Assembly: GCA_018985225.1 (NCBI GenBank)
Contig: JADGIF010000543.1
Coordinates: forward strand, 1 to 6,859
Source: Amoeboradix gromovi X-113
Taxonomy: Eukaryota > Fungi > Sanchytriomycota
Direction of reading: 5' to 3'
Length of the DNA: 6,859 nucleotides
Below the pieces are notes generated by a model that saw only the letters and a list, made by a program, of their open reading frames with translations, did no database searches and was not told the DNA's origin. Of this stretch, positions 5,729 to 6,859 are shown in pieces. Positions within the stretch are counted from its first letter, which is position 1; each line of letters starts with the position of its first letter. Position numbers and translations under genes: made by a program.

Positions 5729-5867
5729 GACTCCAAGAATCAACTCCTCGTTAAAAGTCCTGATTTCCGAGAAAATCGACAAATTCCACAGAAAAACTAG
5801 CAATGCTAGATGTTCCGTTACAGTGATTGCTCACGCTTGCACTATCCTGAGGCGGGATTGAATAAGG
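5729..5867 (-). ncRNA. Putative Fanzor omegaRNA (scaffold ~5867-5749 plus guide from flank), copy B
   Basis: Homologous to 3243-3356. Hairpins atagtg/cactgt, acggaa..ctagc/gctag..ttctgt (5818-5788) and gattt/aaatc. Ends TTTAACG at 5749. Confidence 0.68.
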
Positions 5868-6859
5868 AGGCAGATACTTGATGTATATGTTCCTTGCTGC
5901 CATATGGTCTCTATCACTTTTATATGATAGTTTTGCAGGTGCAGCTCTCCAAATTGAGTTTCTTTAGAGTACCATACCTCGTACATGGCTGACTAGTAAA
6001 TACTTTATTGCATTCGACCATCTTCTTTCCTCTTTGGTTACACTTGAACTTCAAGCGTTCCTTGAATGTGTAATGGGACATTGTGGCCATATTTCTTGCG
6101 ACTTGCTCGACAAGCTACTTATCATTTGACTAGCATTAAACGACGGTAAGTATATAAGATCATATGTCTTTGTATGCTGTACCTGTTGTTTCTTTAGATC
6201 TGACATATTCTGTGTTACATCCATTAATTCCATTAAAGGTATTGAAAAATGTAGAGAGTCATACAAATTGGACATCAAATATAAAAACTAGGCTAATTTC
6301 TTAAATAGTTTTGAATCATTATTTCAAATGTGTATTAACCTTAGACACTCAAAGACCTTGAAAGAGAGTGGGTCATCTTGTTTTATTTTAAAGAGAGGAA
6401 TGAAATTAATGAAAGAAAATTGGTTTGAAAGAAGGACTTTTATTAATAAAAGCATATCCTCCCTATGAAGCACTTACTTTGAAAACGGCTTGGTCTAGTT
6501 TTTATATTTGGTGTCCCATAAGTAATCGATTTAGCACGATAAATTAGTTTCTCTTACTAATTGATGATAGTTGGTATAATCAAAATATTACGATGTTTTT
6601 CCTTGCGAGAACTCAATTTTTACTTGATTTACGTTATAAGAGCCTTCAGTGAAAGGCTTCTACAAATTTACCAAGCCCTACCAATTTGACGGGTGTGTTT
6701 GATCAATAAACACATATCGCGTAATATCTTCTGCAATGCGATCTCATTTTTCAACTTATACCTTGAATTATCCGTATTTCATCTGTAACAGTCACTGTGA
6801 ATAGTATACCAACTAATCTTTACAAAAGTCCCCATTTCCATGTTTTGGCAGAATAACTC
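5751..6859 (-). pseudogene. Fanzor2 (IS607-type TnpB) pseudogene, copy B, interrupted by a MITE; 5' extent uncertain
   Basis: Strong part (6170-5880): YDLIYLPSFNASQM (YDLIYLP 6164-6144), frameshift, VARNMATMSHYTFKERLKFKCNQRGKKMVECNKVFTSQPCTRYGTLKKLNLESCTCK, stop/frameshift, DRDHMAARNIYIKYL (DRD 5915-5907). Weaker part: possible RuvC-I remnant near 6265-6220, and WED-like RYKLK-RS and QVKIEF..GK..LIIP beyond the MITE (6760-6570). Confidence 0.88.
6270..6516. mobile_element. MITE-like non-autonomous TIR element, copy 2
   Basis: ggacatcaaatataaaaactag (6270-6291) matches the reverse complement of 6495-6516 (ggacaccaaatataaaaactag) at 21/22. Same consensus as copy 1. No clear target-site duplication. 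Confidence 0.7.

Noticed and set aside
5551-6278. Track ORFs 5551-5754 and 6051-6278 as real genes
   Set aside because: The first is antisense to MTHFS. The second is a fragment of the Fanzor pseudogene starting inside the MITE arm.
6495-6516. TTTTATATTTG as a yeast ARS consensus or TATA box
   Set aside because: The ARS consensus is specific to Saccharomyces-like yeasts. The match is part of a longer paired repeat better explained as a TIR, and is kept only as an alternative.
1-6859. Alternative genetic code explaining the stops in the pseudogenes
   Set aside because: Nearly 1,200 codons of intact CDS contain no internal TAA/TAG/TGA, and the pseudogenes also have frameshifts.

Overview
AT-rich, gene-dense eukaryotic DNA in the standard genetic code. 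It looks like a compact early-diverging fungus or protist (inference). There are three apparently intronless minus-strand genes: a >=758-aa secreted protein with an LPMO-like N-terminal domain and S/T/P-rich tail (2276 to window edge, missed by the ORF track), a 7-finger C2H2 protein, and 5-formyltetrahydrofolate cyclo-ligase. The apparently empty intervals hold most of the interest. (1) Two decayed copies of an IS607/Fanzor2 (eukaryotic TnpB) element. One lies next to a degenerate IS607 serine-recombinase TnpA in divergent orientation. Both keep a homologous ~115-nt 3' scaffold with compensatory base changes that ends at TTTAACG(A) and is followed by different flanks, i.e. a putative omegaRNA plus guide. 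(2) Two members of a MITE-like family with ~22-bp terminal inverted repeats, one apparently inserted in the Fanzor gene. (3) A non-coding host gene whose three ~90-100-nt introns each carry a box C/D snoRNA (snR41-, snR87/U16- and snR24/U24-like) with a fixed branch-point/3' splice site geometry. All calls come from manual reading and remembered motifs; no searches were run.
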